Shown here in pieces: positions 12,227 to 24,068 of a stretch of 30,688 nt of DNA. The notes beneath the pieces are model-generated. The model was not told the DNA's origin. It did not search any database and saw nothing but the letters and a program-made list of their open reading frames with translations. Position 1 is the stretch's first letter. Each line of letters opens with the position of its first letter. A program made the position numbers and the translations under genes. The stretch is from Patellaria atrata CBS 101060 (taxonomy: Eukaryota). Location: contig MU006122.1 in the NCBI GenBank assembly GCA_010093705.1, positions 67,331 to 98,018 on the forward strand. The letters run 5' to 3'.

Positions 12227-13847
12227 ATGAAGAGAGATAGCAATGACTCTGGAAGCGAAGCAGATTCCGCTGAAGAGGAGAAGAATTCCAAAGCAGAACT
12301 AGAAGTTAGGGATGGCATTGCAGATGAGCATGATGTCGAAGCCCTTCCAACACACTTGGAAGAGAAGCACACGAATGGGTCAATAAAAGATCCCAACCTT
12401 GTGACCTGGGAATCCCCCGAGGATCCAGCAAATCCAAAGAACTGGCCCATGAAACGTAAATGGGCTGCCACCTTTATCGTTTCTGCATTTACCTTCATTT
12501 CCCCTGTCTCGTCTTCCATGGTGGCTCCCGCTTTGAATTCAGTAGGCACAGATTTTGGGATACATAACGAGATTGAGATAGCTATGGTATTATCAATATT
12601 CGTCCTTGCGTACGCGATTGGACCTCTCATACTAGGTCCTTTATCTGAGATATATGGCCGAATTGTAATTCTCCAGCTCGCGAATTTATTTTACCTGGCA
12701 TTTAACATCGGATGTGGCTTTGCGACCTCAAAAGGGCAAATGATGGCTTTCAGATTTTTGAGTGGACTCGGTGGCAGCGCGCTCCTGGCTATTGGCGGGG
12801 GCGTTTTATCGGATTGTTGGACAGCGGATCAAAGAGGAAAAGCTGTTGGAATATACAGTCTGGCACCATTACTGGGTCCCGCAGCGGGTAGGCTCTACCT
12901 AAGCCATCTCCTGACTATTTGCTAACCTTTATGTAATAGGACCGGTCGCCGGCGGCTTTATCACTGAAAATACGACCTGGCGCTGGGTATTCTGGGCAAC
13001 GTCCATTTTAGATGCTGCTATACAGATTGCTGGCCTTTTCTTCCTCCAGGAAACGTATGCTCCCACACTCTTGGAGAGAAAGGCGCAGAGACTTCGTAAA
13101 GAGACTGGAAACAATGCTCTACATACTGAGTACGATAACAAGAATAAGGCACTCTCAAAAATTCTCAGCACAGCCCTAGTCCGTCCGTTTCGCCTTCTCG
13201 GGACCCAACCGATCGTTCAGGTTCTAGCGGTGTACATGGGCTATCTGTACGGCACCATGTACCTTGTACTTTCCACCTTTCCTGCACTCTGGGAGATACG
13301 TTACGGCGAGTCAATCGACATTGGAGGTCTCAACTACATTTCCTTGGGTCTCGGTTTCTTCATGGGCGCTCAGATTACAGCCCCGCTCAACGATATCATC
13401 TATCGAAGGCTAAAAAAGCGGAACAACAACATTGGGAGACCAGAATTCCGCGTACCGCTCATGGTGCCTGCCGCATTCATGGTTCCCGTTGGTATATTTT
13501 GGTATAGCTGGAGTGCTCAGGTAAAAATACACTGGATCATGCCTAATATTGGTGCGTTTATCTTCGCCGCGGGATCTATTGTTGGGTTCCAGGGCATCCA
13601 GACATACCTTGTGGATGCATATACCAGATTCGCGGCATCTGCAGTTGCTGCGGCGACAGTGTTAAGATCCATAGCTGGATTTAGCTTCCCATTATTCGCG
13701 CCAAACATGTACAAGGCGCTGGATTATGGATGGGGGGGTAGTGTGTTGGGTTTCTGTGCAATCGTATTGGGCGTTCCTGCACCTTTCTTGCTCTGGATGT
13801 TTGGAGAAAAGTTAAGGGGGAAGAGCAAGTTCGCTGCTGGCTCTTGA
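12227..13847 (+). CDS. MFS multidrug transporter, DHA1 (12-TMS) family; intron 12888-12939; true N-terminus may lie upstream (see findings)
   Basis: VTWESPEDPANPKNWPMKRKW, GPLSEIYGR, FRFLSGLGGS, WRWVFW, ETYAP, RPEFRVP, YLVDAY, RSIAGFSFPLFAP, LDYGWG motifs. Intron GTAGGC..CTAAC..TAG is frame-consistent. Confidence 0.93.
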
Positions 13848-14407
13848 ATATCAATCTTCGTCTCCTATCCTGTTTTGACACTGTGAGGTAATGTTTCTTC
13901 TGAAGGCCAAGTTACCTATTGGCCAATAACCTATCACACCTCTCTCGATAGATGCATCCCAATCTAAATGATCGGGTCTGGTGGGTGTGGAAGTACGGTA
14001 AGGCATCGAAGCATCATTACAAGATACGCAGTATTGTCTCCGTCATCAATAACACGATGGTGGCTTGTATATAGTTCCAATATGATGTATGATATGCAAG
14101 TGGAAAATAAAAGTTATCAAGGACTTGGCCTGATCTCATTGGTTTATATTGTCATCCTAACAAGTCAGCATGGTTTTCCGAACTTTACCCGTCTATTACC
14201 TGTAAATCGCCAGAAATTTAAATAGATATGTTTACATTGTCTGAACTCTCAAACTTCATCCATTCACACACCTTCGCTCACCGAATTCTTCCCACGATGG
14301 TAAGCTTCAATCCCCCAAACGCAAGGGTATTGACGATGAGGCTCCGGTGTTGGTCTAGTCCTCAATGCGAGCGGATAACATCTGGGTATTCAACTACACC
14401 AACGACG

Positions 14408-15518
14408 ATGACTTGCAGGTCAATACACACATCGAGAACGCTATCGCAACGACCCTTCATCACATCAGATTTTCTACCAACCGGATGCCCCCGAAATTCG
14501 ACCTCCCTCCCCCAATCCTACCGCATCCTACCCCTCCGACGGCCGTTCCACGCCTCTGGACGCCACCAGGCCAAAACAATTCAGCAAACTAGATCACGAA
14601 ATAGGTCCGGGGTGAGTGGCATCTGGCACAGATATGAGTCTGTGCGCATAGTGGTCAAAGGTGCGCTGACATGTGCCTCTTATTACACTCGACAGCCGTT
14701 CTCACCACAATCAGGGATGCTCTTCCTGGCGACAGGCGTATGCATGATTGCATACTTTACAATTGAAAAGGCGCGGATGGACAGAAAACGAGTAGCCGAA
14801 GCTACCAAGGGGATCGGGAAGCCGAAAATCGGCGGCGAGTTCAAGATGGTGGATCAGGAGGGACGACCGTTCACGAGCGAGGACATGAAGGGGAAGTATG
14901 CGCTGGTATGTATCTATAGTACCTTCGTTTACGGTAAGGGGTACACGGCATATCGACGTCAGAATTGAGTGCACACTTGGGAGCTGGGTTACCGATGGCT
15001 AATATGATGTTGTTTTGATGCAGGTCTACTTCGGCTTCACCCACTGCCCCGACATCTGCCCGGAAGAACTGGATAAAATGGCCGCCATGATTGACGGTGT
15101 GAAAGAGAAATGCGGGAACGTGATGCGTCCGATTTTCGTCACTTGCGACCCAGCGCGTGATACACCTCTGGTCGTAAAGCAATATCTATCAGAATTTCAT
15201 CCGGATCTAATCGGATTGACGGGTAGTTATGAAGATACGAAGAACATGTGCAAGGCGTACAGAGTGTATTTCTCAACACCGCCCGAGGTAAAACCAGGTC
15301 AGGATTATCTGGTGGATCATAGTATTTATTTTTACCTCATGGGTAAGTATATTGCGGGTTAAAATTTTTGTAAACGAGCATGAACTGACGTGATTATCGT
15401 CGTAGATCCTGAAGGCGACTTCGTCGAAGCGATAGGGAGGAACTTTTCTGCGGAGGAAGCCGTAAATGTCATCACGAACCATATCAGGGATTGGGAGGGA
15501 TATCTGGATCGGAAATAG
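14408..15518 (+). CDS. SCO1: Mitochondrial copper chaperone SCO1/SCO2 for cytochrome c oxidase; introns 14612-14695, 14906-15023, 15343-15405
   Basis: R/S/T-rich presequence, a TM segment, GKPKIGGEF, VYFGFTHCPDICPEELDKM (CxxxC), DPARD, DYLVDHSIYFYLMDPEG. The start could instead be in-frame ATG 14297 or 14336. Confidence 0.95.
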
Positions 15519-18142
15519 TGAGGTCATTGCGATCACCGCGAGATCAAGACGTATTATACAGAACCGATTAGTGCCAACAAATTCCGTTCACTAATCTGGA
15601 AGCAATATTGGCGCGATTATTAGGGTCATTTCCACCACAACGCTACTCAGCTATCTGTATCGTCGATTATTGTACATATTATTGTATTAAAGACATATTT
15701 TTATTCAACTTACTTTTGGAAGTTCATTCAGCTTGTAACCGAATAGGTATACTAGCTATACTGACCGACCAAATCTTTCTTCGGTACCAGCGGCATTTGA
15801 GGTACTTCCTTAGACTTGTTCAGTCCAAGTCCCTGGTACTTTGTAGAATCCTCGACAGTGGGTCCAGGTGCAAATAGGGCAACAAGCCATGCTTACAGGA
15901 ACCAACAAGCAATCATTGGCAAGCTTGAAGAGCTTCTAGAATTTCGACTAAGTGAGATGGGGCAAGATGCTTGATGGGCTTGGATTAGGCCCCGCTGTGG
16001 ATGTATGTAAGACATCGTACCTATACCCTTGTTTGAAGATCCGCTCGGACGGGTACTGTATAAAGTTTCTTCTGTTTGTTTACTTGGAAAGGTTTGATAT
16101 TGTGATGACGAAGAAAGAAGAACGGTGGAAACGATTACGAGAACGATCTCACAATCGGGTACGTTACCTAGATGATGATACGAAGCAACCCAAGCGGTTC
16201 TTTGTGAACTACTTATGGGGTTTGCTATGCACATGTACCTTTCCATATCCGGAGCTAGATTGCCCGAGGCAAAAGACGGAAGATAGTACCATGATCAAGA
16301 GAACACTGGATCAAGAAACAGGCCGAGGGAAACTCAGTCTAGCTGAATATTCAGAATACGGTGCCGCTCGGATCTCCCTCTGTTGTACTGTACAATGGAT
16401 AGAACCTGCTATATCGGGAAGGCAATAGTGAATGGACTGATAGTAGGACTTAGGAAAGATATCGCGTGAGCGAACAAGTACCAACCTTGAAATAATTGGA
16501 GAATAATAATAATAGATATATGCTAATAAGGTACTAAGCTACCGTGATTTTTGACGCTATGGGGTGGGCCGTCGTGGCGGCTTGCGCTCAACTAAAGTAT
16601 TTCGTCCACCGGACAATAAAGTAGTGTCGAAGTTAATACTGACAACAATTATTAAAAGAAGATAGGGAAAAGTACAGTAGATGAGAGGAATAATAGAACT
16701 ATGGTGCAAGGGGCGTCAACGTCGAGTGGAACTTTTTAAGCCTTGGTTCAAGATCATCGGTAGAACTACAGTATCTTTGAATAGCGGCGACGGAACGGGG
16801 GATATTCTACTGGTGGTCTGATGATAGGAAAGGGTATGAAAGACTTTGTAGGGTGCAAGGCAAGGGTACATGATTTACAGGATGAGGCGTGGATGAGGTG
16901 GAATAGTTCTAAACAAATCGGAGGGGATTTTAGGGAGTCGGGGGAGAGTCTGACGGGAGCAGATGAGAGTAAGGTAAGGTATCAATTGATCACCTTCCCC
17001 ATCGGGACTTGTACTCCATCATGGGATTGTCGGCATGTTGATTGGGTGCATAGTAATAAAAATCATCGCCAAAACTGACCGGGAGGGGCCCTTGATTGCA
17101 TCCATCCAGATCAAAAGACTTGTCGGTAGAGGATGCATCTCTGCTAAATATTATTGCGGGGGAAGTGATGAACATACCGTTATCATGGTAATCCGGTCCG
17201 TCTTTACTCCTACTCAAAATGATGGACCTAATGTGGAATGGAAGGTAACGTCATCTATAAAATACTAAAGAGTTACCTTCAAGCTTCTTAAAGGTTCAAA
17301 GAGGAAGCGACGATGACGTTGAATTGGTTCGAGCGTGCTTAAAGAAAGAGCGTTGCCAGTTGCAACTTCCACCGTCATCTTGGCCACCAAAAAACAACCA
17401 CGGAAAGCGCCGAGTGCGGACAAAGTTGTACCGAGGCAACAACCTAAAGCTTATAATCATGGGTAGTGATCGAGCATCTTATGGATGATCCCAAAACCTA
17501 TCACCATGTTTCCAAGATATTCCTAAAATGCATAATCGCAAGTAAGCTTCCGGTACAAGCTCTCTTCTACAAGATAAGGTGTGCCACTTTGGTCCTTCCA
17601 GCCAAGGAGTCTTTGGGGCGCGTTTAGAACTAGTTCTAAGGTTCGCTAGACTGCTCAATTCAAGAACTAATAACCATACCAACGATACAATTATACCGTC
17701 TACCTCAGTACAACTACTGTAACTTACAGTACCTTATATTACCTTAGAATTCGGAGGTGGACTTTATCAAATGTAATACTGTATCTACTTCATCATTGGT
17801 CGATTATAGTAAATAACCGCCACTACTGTACGGTATTATGCAGGCCCGCCCACCACACCGAACCTGGCTAGGTACTGATAAAGGTACTAGGCTTTTACTC
17901 TGACAATGTGTTACTACCCCACTGATATCCAGCTCCTAAACACCATTCTCAATGTAGGTATTTGCCCGCGACACAGATCACACGAAGGAATCTCAAGGTG
18001 AACAACCTTTCACCAGAACATCAATCTCCCCTTGACCTCTTGCCGATTTCACGTACGTTCGCCGATCCTTCCGTCACCCAAGCCCATGCCGCACCCCATA
18101 ACCATGCGTGCTCTGCTAAAGGCTGCCAGGAGTGGCAGGCGA

Positions 18143-18229
18143 TTATCTTTCTAGACGACCTTTCTATGCAGGCATGGAAATAAATGCCACCGATAGCGAT
18201 TATCATGGGTTTATCTCGATCCTTTATCC
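18143..18229. promoter_or_regulatory. Cluster of GATA-type sites upstream of the OPT gene (candidate nitrogen-regulation AreA/Nit2 sites)
   Basis: TTATCT 18143, CGATAG 18191, TTATCA 18200, TTATCT 18211 and TTATCC 18224 lie within 90 bp, about 500 bp upstream of the ATG. Function is inferred. Confidence 0.3.
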
Positions 18230-18695
18230 ATACAAAGTATTCTTTTACCCCGTTCATATCCTGGGTCAATCACTTTCACCGGGCCAATATACGGGAGTAC
18301 GAGTACTGTAACTTGTTCTTTGATGACCCGGATCTACCTTGGTGATTAGGCAAGATCCCTGTTGAGCGTGATAGCTCAGGTCTGGTACGAGTACCCAGGG
18401 TAAGCGTGGTAGGGTATGTATACATTAACTAATTGCACAAAACGGAGTTTGATTACTTGGTTACCGTCCAAGAGGGTACGAAGATATGACCAGCTTTGCC
18501 ATACCCACGGTATGACTATATTACGGACCCTTCACCCCCCTCCCCCAACTGCACGCTTTTGACCCTTGAATTCATCTGCCAGTCTTTGAACTGCAGTATT
18601 TCTTTTAAACTTCTTTTCGTTTCTCTTTGCTGAAGGGGAAACTTCTTCAAGCTTTGTTCAAAATGAACGATGCAACTGAGGTTGCGGTGAACCCC

Positions 18696-21123
18696 ATGGG
18701 TTTCATCAACCCTCACGTGTGAGTAGATTCTATTACCAGCAAGCTTTTCAGTACCGTTCGTGATGGCGAATAATTACTATGGCAAGCTGACGTCAATAGT
18801 CCACCAACTACGCAGAAGGAGAATACGTTCAGAACGGATGACTCCAAAGAGTTTGTAAGAGCTTCTATCGAGAAGAGGGGAAGTGTAGAGGTGAACTTGG
18901 ATGAGGCGCACGAGGAGAACTTCTTGCTCGATCCTTATCATCCATTCCACGGTCTCCCGGAGGAAAAGCACAGAATCGTCACCATCCGAGCAATCGTCGT
19001 TGGTATCATTTGCGGCGCTCTCGTCAATGCCTCCAACGTTTATCTGGGATTGAAATCCGGGTGGACCTTTTCGGCCAACTTATTCGGCGTAAGTAAATCA
19101 CCATACCCGTAAGAAATCCTCATGGGTGCTCATAAATATGCGTAGGCCATCGTAGGATTTGCTGTGATCAAAACATGCTCTAGGACTTTCGCCGAGAACT
19201 TCCCTATCCTTGGAGGAGACTTCGGTCCCCGCGAAAACAACATCGTTCAAACAGCTGCGACAGCCGCTGGTGGCATGTCCAATGTCTTCGTCTCCGCCCT
19301 TCCCGCTCTTTACCAACTTGAACTCATGAACACTCCCAAGGCAGATTTCTGGCGCATCGTCTCCTTCACCGCTGTTGGAGGTTACTTCGGTTTCTTCTTC
19401 TCCACTCCTCTTCGGAAGTTCTTCATCATCTACGTCGCTCGAGAATTGAACCTGATCTTCCCCACCGCATCTGCGACTGCCATGACTATTCGTAGTATGC
19501 ACGAGGCCGTCAATGGTGAAGCCGTTGCGAAACTCAAGATGAGGGCACTTGGAGGGTCTTTCGTTGCCGCTTTCCTCTTACGAGTGGTATCGCAGTACGC
19601 TGTCGGTATCCTCTGGGATTGGCACATCTTCACATGGTTCTACATCTGGGGTAACTATAACAACAAGGCCATATATTTCGAGAACTGGTATTGGTATCTC
19701 GAATTCACCCCTGCTTTTATTGGTTCCGGTATGCTCGTCGGTCTCAACGTCTCTATTTCCTTCTTTATGGGATCGGTCATCGCCTGGGGTATAATCGGCC
19801 CGATTCTCGTCCAGACGGGAACCGCCTTCGGCATGTCTCCCTTAGAAGGAGACCCTAAGTGGGGTGAATGGGTTAGCTACGGTTCTCTGGGTTTGGCCTT
19901 CTCAAATAAGGAGCACCCATCACCTCGTTTCTGGCTTCTGTGGCCTGGTGTCCTTTGCATGATTGCAGTATCCTTCACCGAACTTTTCCTACAGTGGCGT
20001 GTCATCATCTACGCTGGAAAGGCGCTTTGGCGAGGAGTCTGCAAAGGTATCTTTATCACTGGCCGTAGGTTTGGACAGGAATACCTTTGGTTCCAGAGGC
20101 GAGGCGAGCAAAAGGAAGATGACATGGTCGAGGATCCTGCCGTTCCTGAGGAGCTTGTCAAAATGTGGATGTGGCTTCCTGGCCTGCTTGCTACCATTAT
20201 CTGCATCTGTGTCGTTTTGGGCGTTCAATATGGTATGCCTGTTGGCGAGTCGCTTCTCTCTGTTTTCCTTGCTTTCTTCTTCTCCTTCCTTGCCGTACAG
20301 TGCACTGGTGTCACCGGTGAGTTCCCTCCGACAACCTTACGTTATGGGTTCTCTCTAATATGCATTAGATATCACTCCTCTCACCGCCGCTTCCAAGGCG
20401 TCCCAAATCGTGCTCGGCGGTGCCACGAAATCTGAAGGTTGGGAGATCTCCAAAGCTCAACGCCTGAACTTGCTCGGTGGTGCAGTTGCAAACATCGGTG
20501 CGAATCAAGCTACCGACCTTGTCGCCGATTTTCGTGTCGGTTTCCTCCTCCGCACACCTCCCAACCAGCAATGGTTGGCTCAGGGTATTGGTACCATTTG
20601 CGCTGTCTTCCTTGCTCCAGCCATGTTCATGCTCTTCGCCGAGGCGTATCCTTGCGTTATCGATTTGAACGTCGAGAAATGTCAGTTCGCTCTACCCTCA
20701 GTTGCTGCATGGCGTGCAACCGCTGTCGCTGTCACGGATCCCAACTTCCCCGTCCCCACCTCATCTGGTATTTTCGCCATCGTCTTCGCCTGCTTCGGCT
20801 CTTTCCTCGTCTTCGTCCGCCACTTCGTGTGGGTAGGCAAGTGGGAATTTATGAGGAAATATCACCCGAACATGATGTGCATTGCCCTCGCTTTCACCAT
20901 CAACGCTTCTGTGTATGGTTCCGCCATGTGCATGGGTTCGTTTGCTGCTTGGATCTGGGCTAAGAAGGCACCTGCCAGCTTCGATGTCTACGGTTATGCG
21001 GTCGCCGCTGGTTTGATCGCCGGTGAGGGCATTGGTGGTGTCATCAATGCTATCTTCCAGGTTGCAGGTATCGCAGGTGATAAATACGGTACTCAAGTTG
21101 CCTGCCCTGGTGATTCGTGCTAG
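18696..21123 (+). CDS. OPT-superfamily oligopeptide transporter (YSL-like clade); introns 18719-18799, 19089-19145, 20317-20368
   Basis: VTIRAIVVGIICGALVNASNVYLGLKSGWTFSANLFG, FGPRENNIVQTAATAAGG, LIFPTASATAMTIRSMH, TDITPLTAASKASQ, DFRVGFLLRTPP, AVAAGLIAGEGIGGV. The introns are frame-consistent. Confidence 0.93.
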
Positions 21124-21764
21124 ACGGAAGAAGTGGTAATTTAGTTTGTAATTTTTATATGAGGGAATAACTATTCATGTTCATGAGCTGGTTGTACGAT
21201 CTAGCGTTTTTAGGGATATTTGGATGATACCCTCTCTTTTACGCAGATATAAAAGGGAATCCACACATCAATCGTTCATTCCGCTTTCTGGATCTCGAAC
21301 GAGAACCGTATGAACTATCTACATAAAATCTCTTGGTCCGTATGGATGACGTGTTGAAGTGACAGTTTGAAATCCCCTTATAGCGGTTGAATTCAACATT
21401 TCCTCAAAAAAAAGGTTAGTTCTTGTCTAGCACGTCTGGGAAGGAAAAGCGACGACTTCCTCATCACGAGTCTTTGTTGACCTTGTTTCTCCAAAATTAA
21501 TAAGCTGAGCCACGAACTTGATGTACAGAACAGGGGGAACTAACAAGGCAAGCTCCTTGCGCATCCTGTTATAGTAGAACTACTGTACATCACATGCCTA
21601 CCTGCCTCGCCAAATGACGCAGCGGGGCGCAATGCGAAGATCATGGTGAAGCATCAAAGTTTGAGTATGGGCGCGTACAAAACTACAAAGTACCAACTAA
21701 TAATATCTTTTATCCTTCAAACGAAAGCGAAACCCTTTTCATTTAGTCCACCAGGCCGTCCGGA

Positions 21765-24068
21765 ATGAGCCATCAACCGTCCGAATATAAACCCTACAGG
21801 CCATCAGAGTCAGACGAAGCTCCTTCAAGTAGACCACCTACATACCCTACTATACCTCTTCCCTCGACCTCCATCGAGTCAATACCTATACAGACAGAAG
21901 CGCACAATGTAGGACCTGTCGACCCTTACGCGTTTTATGCTAGTGAGGTGCAGCAACCCCCACCGTTACAATTCAAGAAAAAAGAAAGGGAACAAGCACC
22001 TCATTATGAGCCGTATCATCCTCCTGTGTCGCGACCTTCCTCTCGAACTGGTGATTATGGGGAATCGCAGCATTATGCCGCATACGTCCCTCCCGTGGTC
22101 GGCCCTATAACTCCTCCGACAGCGCAGATCCCGGATTCAGGAAATGCGGAGGCAGCACATGTCACAAACCCGGTCCCCTCAGAGCAGCCACCTCCGAGAC
22201 CCGCAAAAGAGCCGATAATTTCTTCAGAAGGGCAACAGGAGATGATACAGTCACCACATGCAATTTCTATCACAGACACGGAAGCTTGGGGAAGGCAAGG
22301 TAAAGTTGTGGTGGATGACGCATATCCGAGCAAATCGAATGAGATTGGGACAACGGATACACGCCCTCCTTCATACACCACGGATTTGCCTGTTCAGGCT
22401 ATGCATGAAACAAATCCTCCCTTAAATTCATATGTACAGTATCCGCCGGAAAACGGGAATGTAACCTCCAGCCCACCTGCTCATTCACCCCCTCTTTACA
22501 CGGATACTGCATATGGCTCTGAATACCCCCCTGAAAAGGGATCTGGAGGCTTACCTAGCCCTCAAACTGCAACCTCGTCCCAACAGCCGGCCTACGAGAA
22601 TACAGACGATCCGGCAGCATTCAAGTCGGAAAAACCAAAGGTAAGTTTTACTGAGCCGATGACATCCACTTCCGAGGAACTTCCTGGATATGAAGCTGGT
22701 CCAAGTAGCTATTACGGATACCCTCCTGAGAAGGCTCCAGCCAGTAATTCTGATCCATCCCATGCACCTTCTCAACAGCTTCCAGAGTATGAGAAACCGA
22801 GCAGTTACTATGGCTCTCCTCCAGAAAAGGCTCCTCAGAATGCCGTTTATGACGAGATACCACCCCCAAAGCCTCCGCGGCCAGTAGTACATGTGCCCGA
22901 TGAATTATACGACGAACCGAACGCATCAGAATACCGACCGCCACTACCCCCGCGCCGCCCTATGTCCAGCCAAGGCCCCCAAGACCCATCTGCGACCATG
23001 TATACGCGCGATCCACACCGCCTTGTCGCCTATCTGATTCCCTTTCCCAAACCTTACATTCATATGCCAGCCGGCGTATCCGTTCCAGAACGTTTTCTGA
23101 TATACACTCCACCACCCCCACCTCTAACCTTACCCTCGGAAGGTGAAAGGGAAGAGCGTTTCCACAAGCTACAGCGGAAATGGCAGGAAGAGGTCCGCGC
23201 AGCCAAGATTTCGAACTCGAAAACCGCGAGCTGGAAAGGTGTTAAGGACAAAGCGACAATCGGCATTAGCAAAGCTATAGATGCGACTAAGAACTCGAAC
23301 ATTGAATTTTTAACTCGTCTCCCCGAGCACCACCGTAATCACTCCCGTAGCCGCTCGCCGAACCCAAAGGTCGACACGTATGTTAATGATGGAGTTCAGG
23401 AAGACGATATGACGCACAAGACCGTCGGCCTACAGGAAATTGTCCTCGTTCATCCCGCTAGCATGCAAGGCACCGAGGCCCAGATCCGGTTAGAGTTCAT
23501 CAACTCAATGCTGCGTACTAAGTCTAAAGCACAGCGCGACGGCATTATTGCAACAGGTCTGATCCCCGTCGCAGCAGCAATTGATCTCCTTGCCACGGTG
23601 GTTTGGCCTTTCGGCGGTCTACTCGAGATCGACTCCGTCTGGGCATATACCTCCTTCCGTGGCGCTAAGACTGCGAGATCTGTCACCAGGCGTCTGACTT
23701 CAAGTTCCGAGAGCGGTGATCACGAAAAAGATACGCTGAAGTTGACGTTCACTCCGTCGAGAAGGTTAGGGGTACTGGAGAGCTATTTGGCGGATATTTG
23801 TCATAAGAGGGACGGCAAGTTATTTTTAAGCGCCGGGGTGCCGCCGACTGATGGGCAGGTGTTAGATGCTATTGGGTGGAAGGCGATGAGGAGTGGGGAG
23901 ACGAGGAATTGGGAAAATGAGCAGTGGGAGTGGATGGAGGTGAAGGAGGATTTGAGAAGTGTGATGGGGAAGGGGGCTAGGGAATGGGGGAGGTGGTGTA
24001 GAGAGTTTGAGAAGGATCCGAGTAAGGCTATTAAGAAGTTAGGGGTGGGAGAGGGTAAACGGGGGTAA
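21765..24068 (+). CDS. Uncharacterised fungal protein: Pro/Ser/Tyr-rich disordered N-terminus with PY motifs, folded C-terminal domain with a hydrophobic segment
   Basis: Uninterrupted 767-aa ORF. PPTY, PPSY, PPLY, LPGY and LPEY motifs, repeated PPEK. C-terminal YTRDPHRLVAYLIPFPKP...KLQRKWQEEVRAAK...GIIATGLIPVAAAIDLLATVVWPFGGLLEID. Confidence 0.85.
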   Translation: MSHQPSEYKPYRPSESDEAPSSRPPTYPTIPLPSTSIESIPIQTEAHNVGPVDPYAFYASEVQQPPPLQFKKKEREQAPHYEPYHPPVSRPSSRTGDYGESQHYAAYVPPVVGPITPPTAQIPDSGNAEAAHVTNPVPSEQPPPRPAKEPIISSEGQQEMIQSPHAISITDTEAWGRQGKVVVDDAYPSKSNEIGTTDTRPPSYTTDLPVQAMHETNPPLNSYVQYPPENGNVTSSPPAHSPPLYTDTAYGSEYPPEKGSGGLPSPQTATSSQQPAYENTDDPAAFKSEKPKVSFTEPMTSTSEELPGYEAGPSSYYGYPPEKAPASNSDPSHAPSQQLPEYEKPSSYYGSPPEKAPQNAVYDEIPPPKPPRPVVHVPDELYDEPNASEYRPPLPPRRPMSSQGPQDPSATMYTRDPHRLVAYLIPFPKPYIHMPAGVSVPERFLIYTPPPPPLTLPSEGEREERFHKLQRKWQEEVRAAKISNSKTASWKGVKDKATIGISKAIDATKNSNIEFLTRLPEHHRNHSRSRSPNPKVDTYVNDGVQEDDMTHKTVGLQEIVLVHPASMQGTEAQIRLEFINSMLRTKSKAQRDGIIATGLIPVAAAIDLLATVVWPFGGLLEIDSVWAYTSFRGAKTARSVTRRLTSSSESGDHEKDTLKLTFTPSRRLGVLESYLADICHKRDGKLFLSAGVPPTDGQVLDAIGWKAMRSGETRNWENEQWEWMEVKEDLRSVMGKGAREWGRWCREFEKDPSKAIKKLGVGEGKRG

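Noticed and set aside
15608..18690. Many short ORFs in the SCO1-OPT interval, including the 158-aa ORF at 15952-16428
   Set aside because: Mostly non-ATG starts with no motifs. Treated as a long intergenic/promoter region.
9874..24068. Functional gene cluster (MFS, SCO1, OPT as a metal or secondary-metabolite module)
   Set aside because: No backbone enzyme or regulator, and the genes are widespread with unrelated roles. Shared orientation alone is weak evidence.
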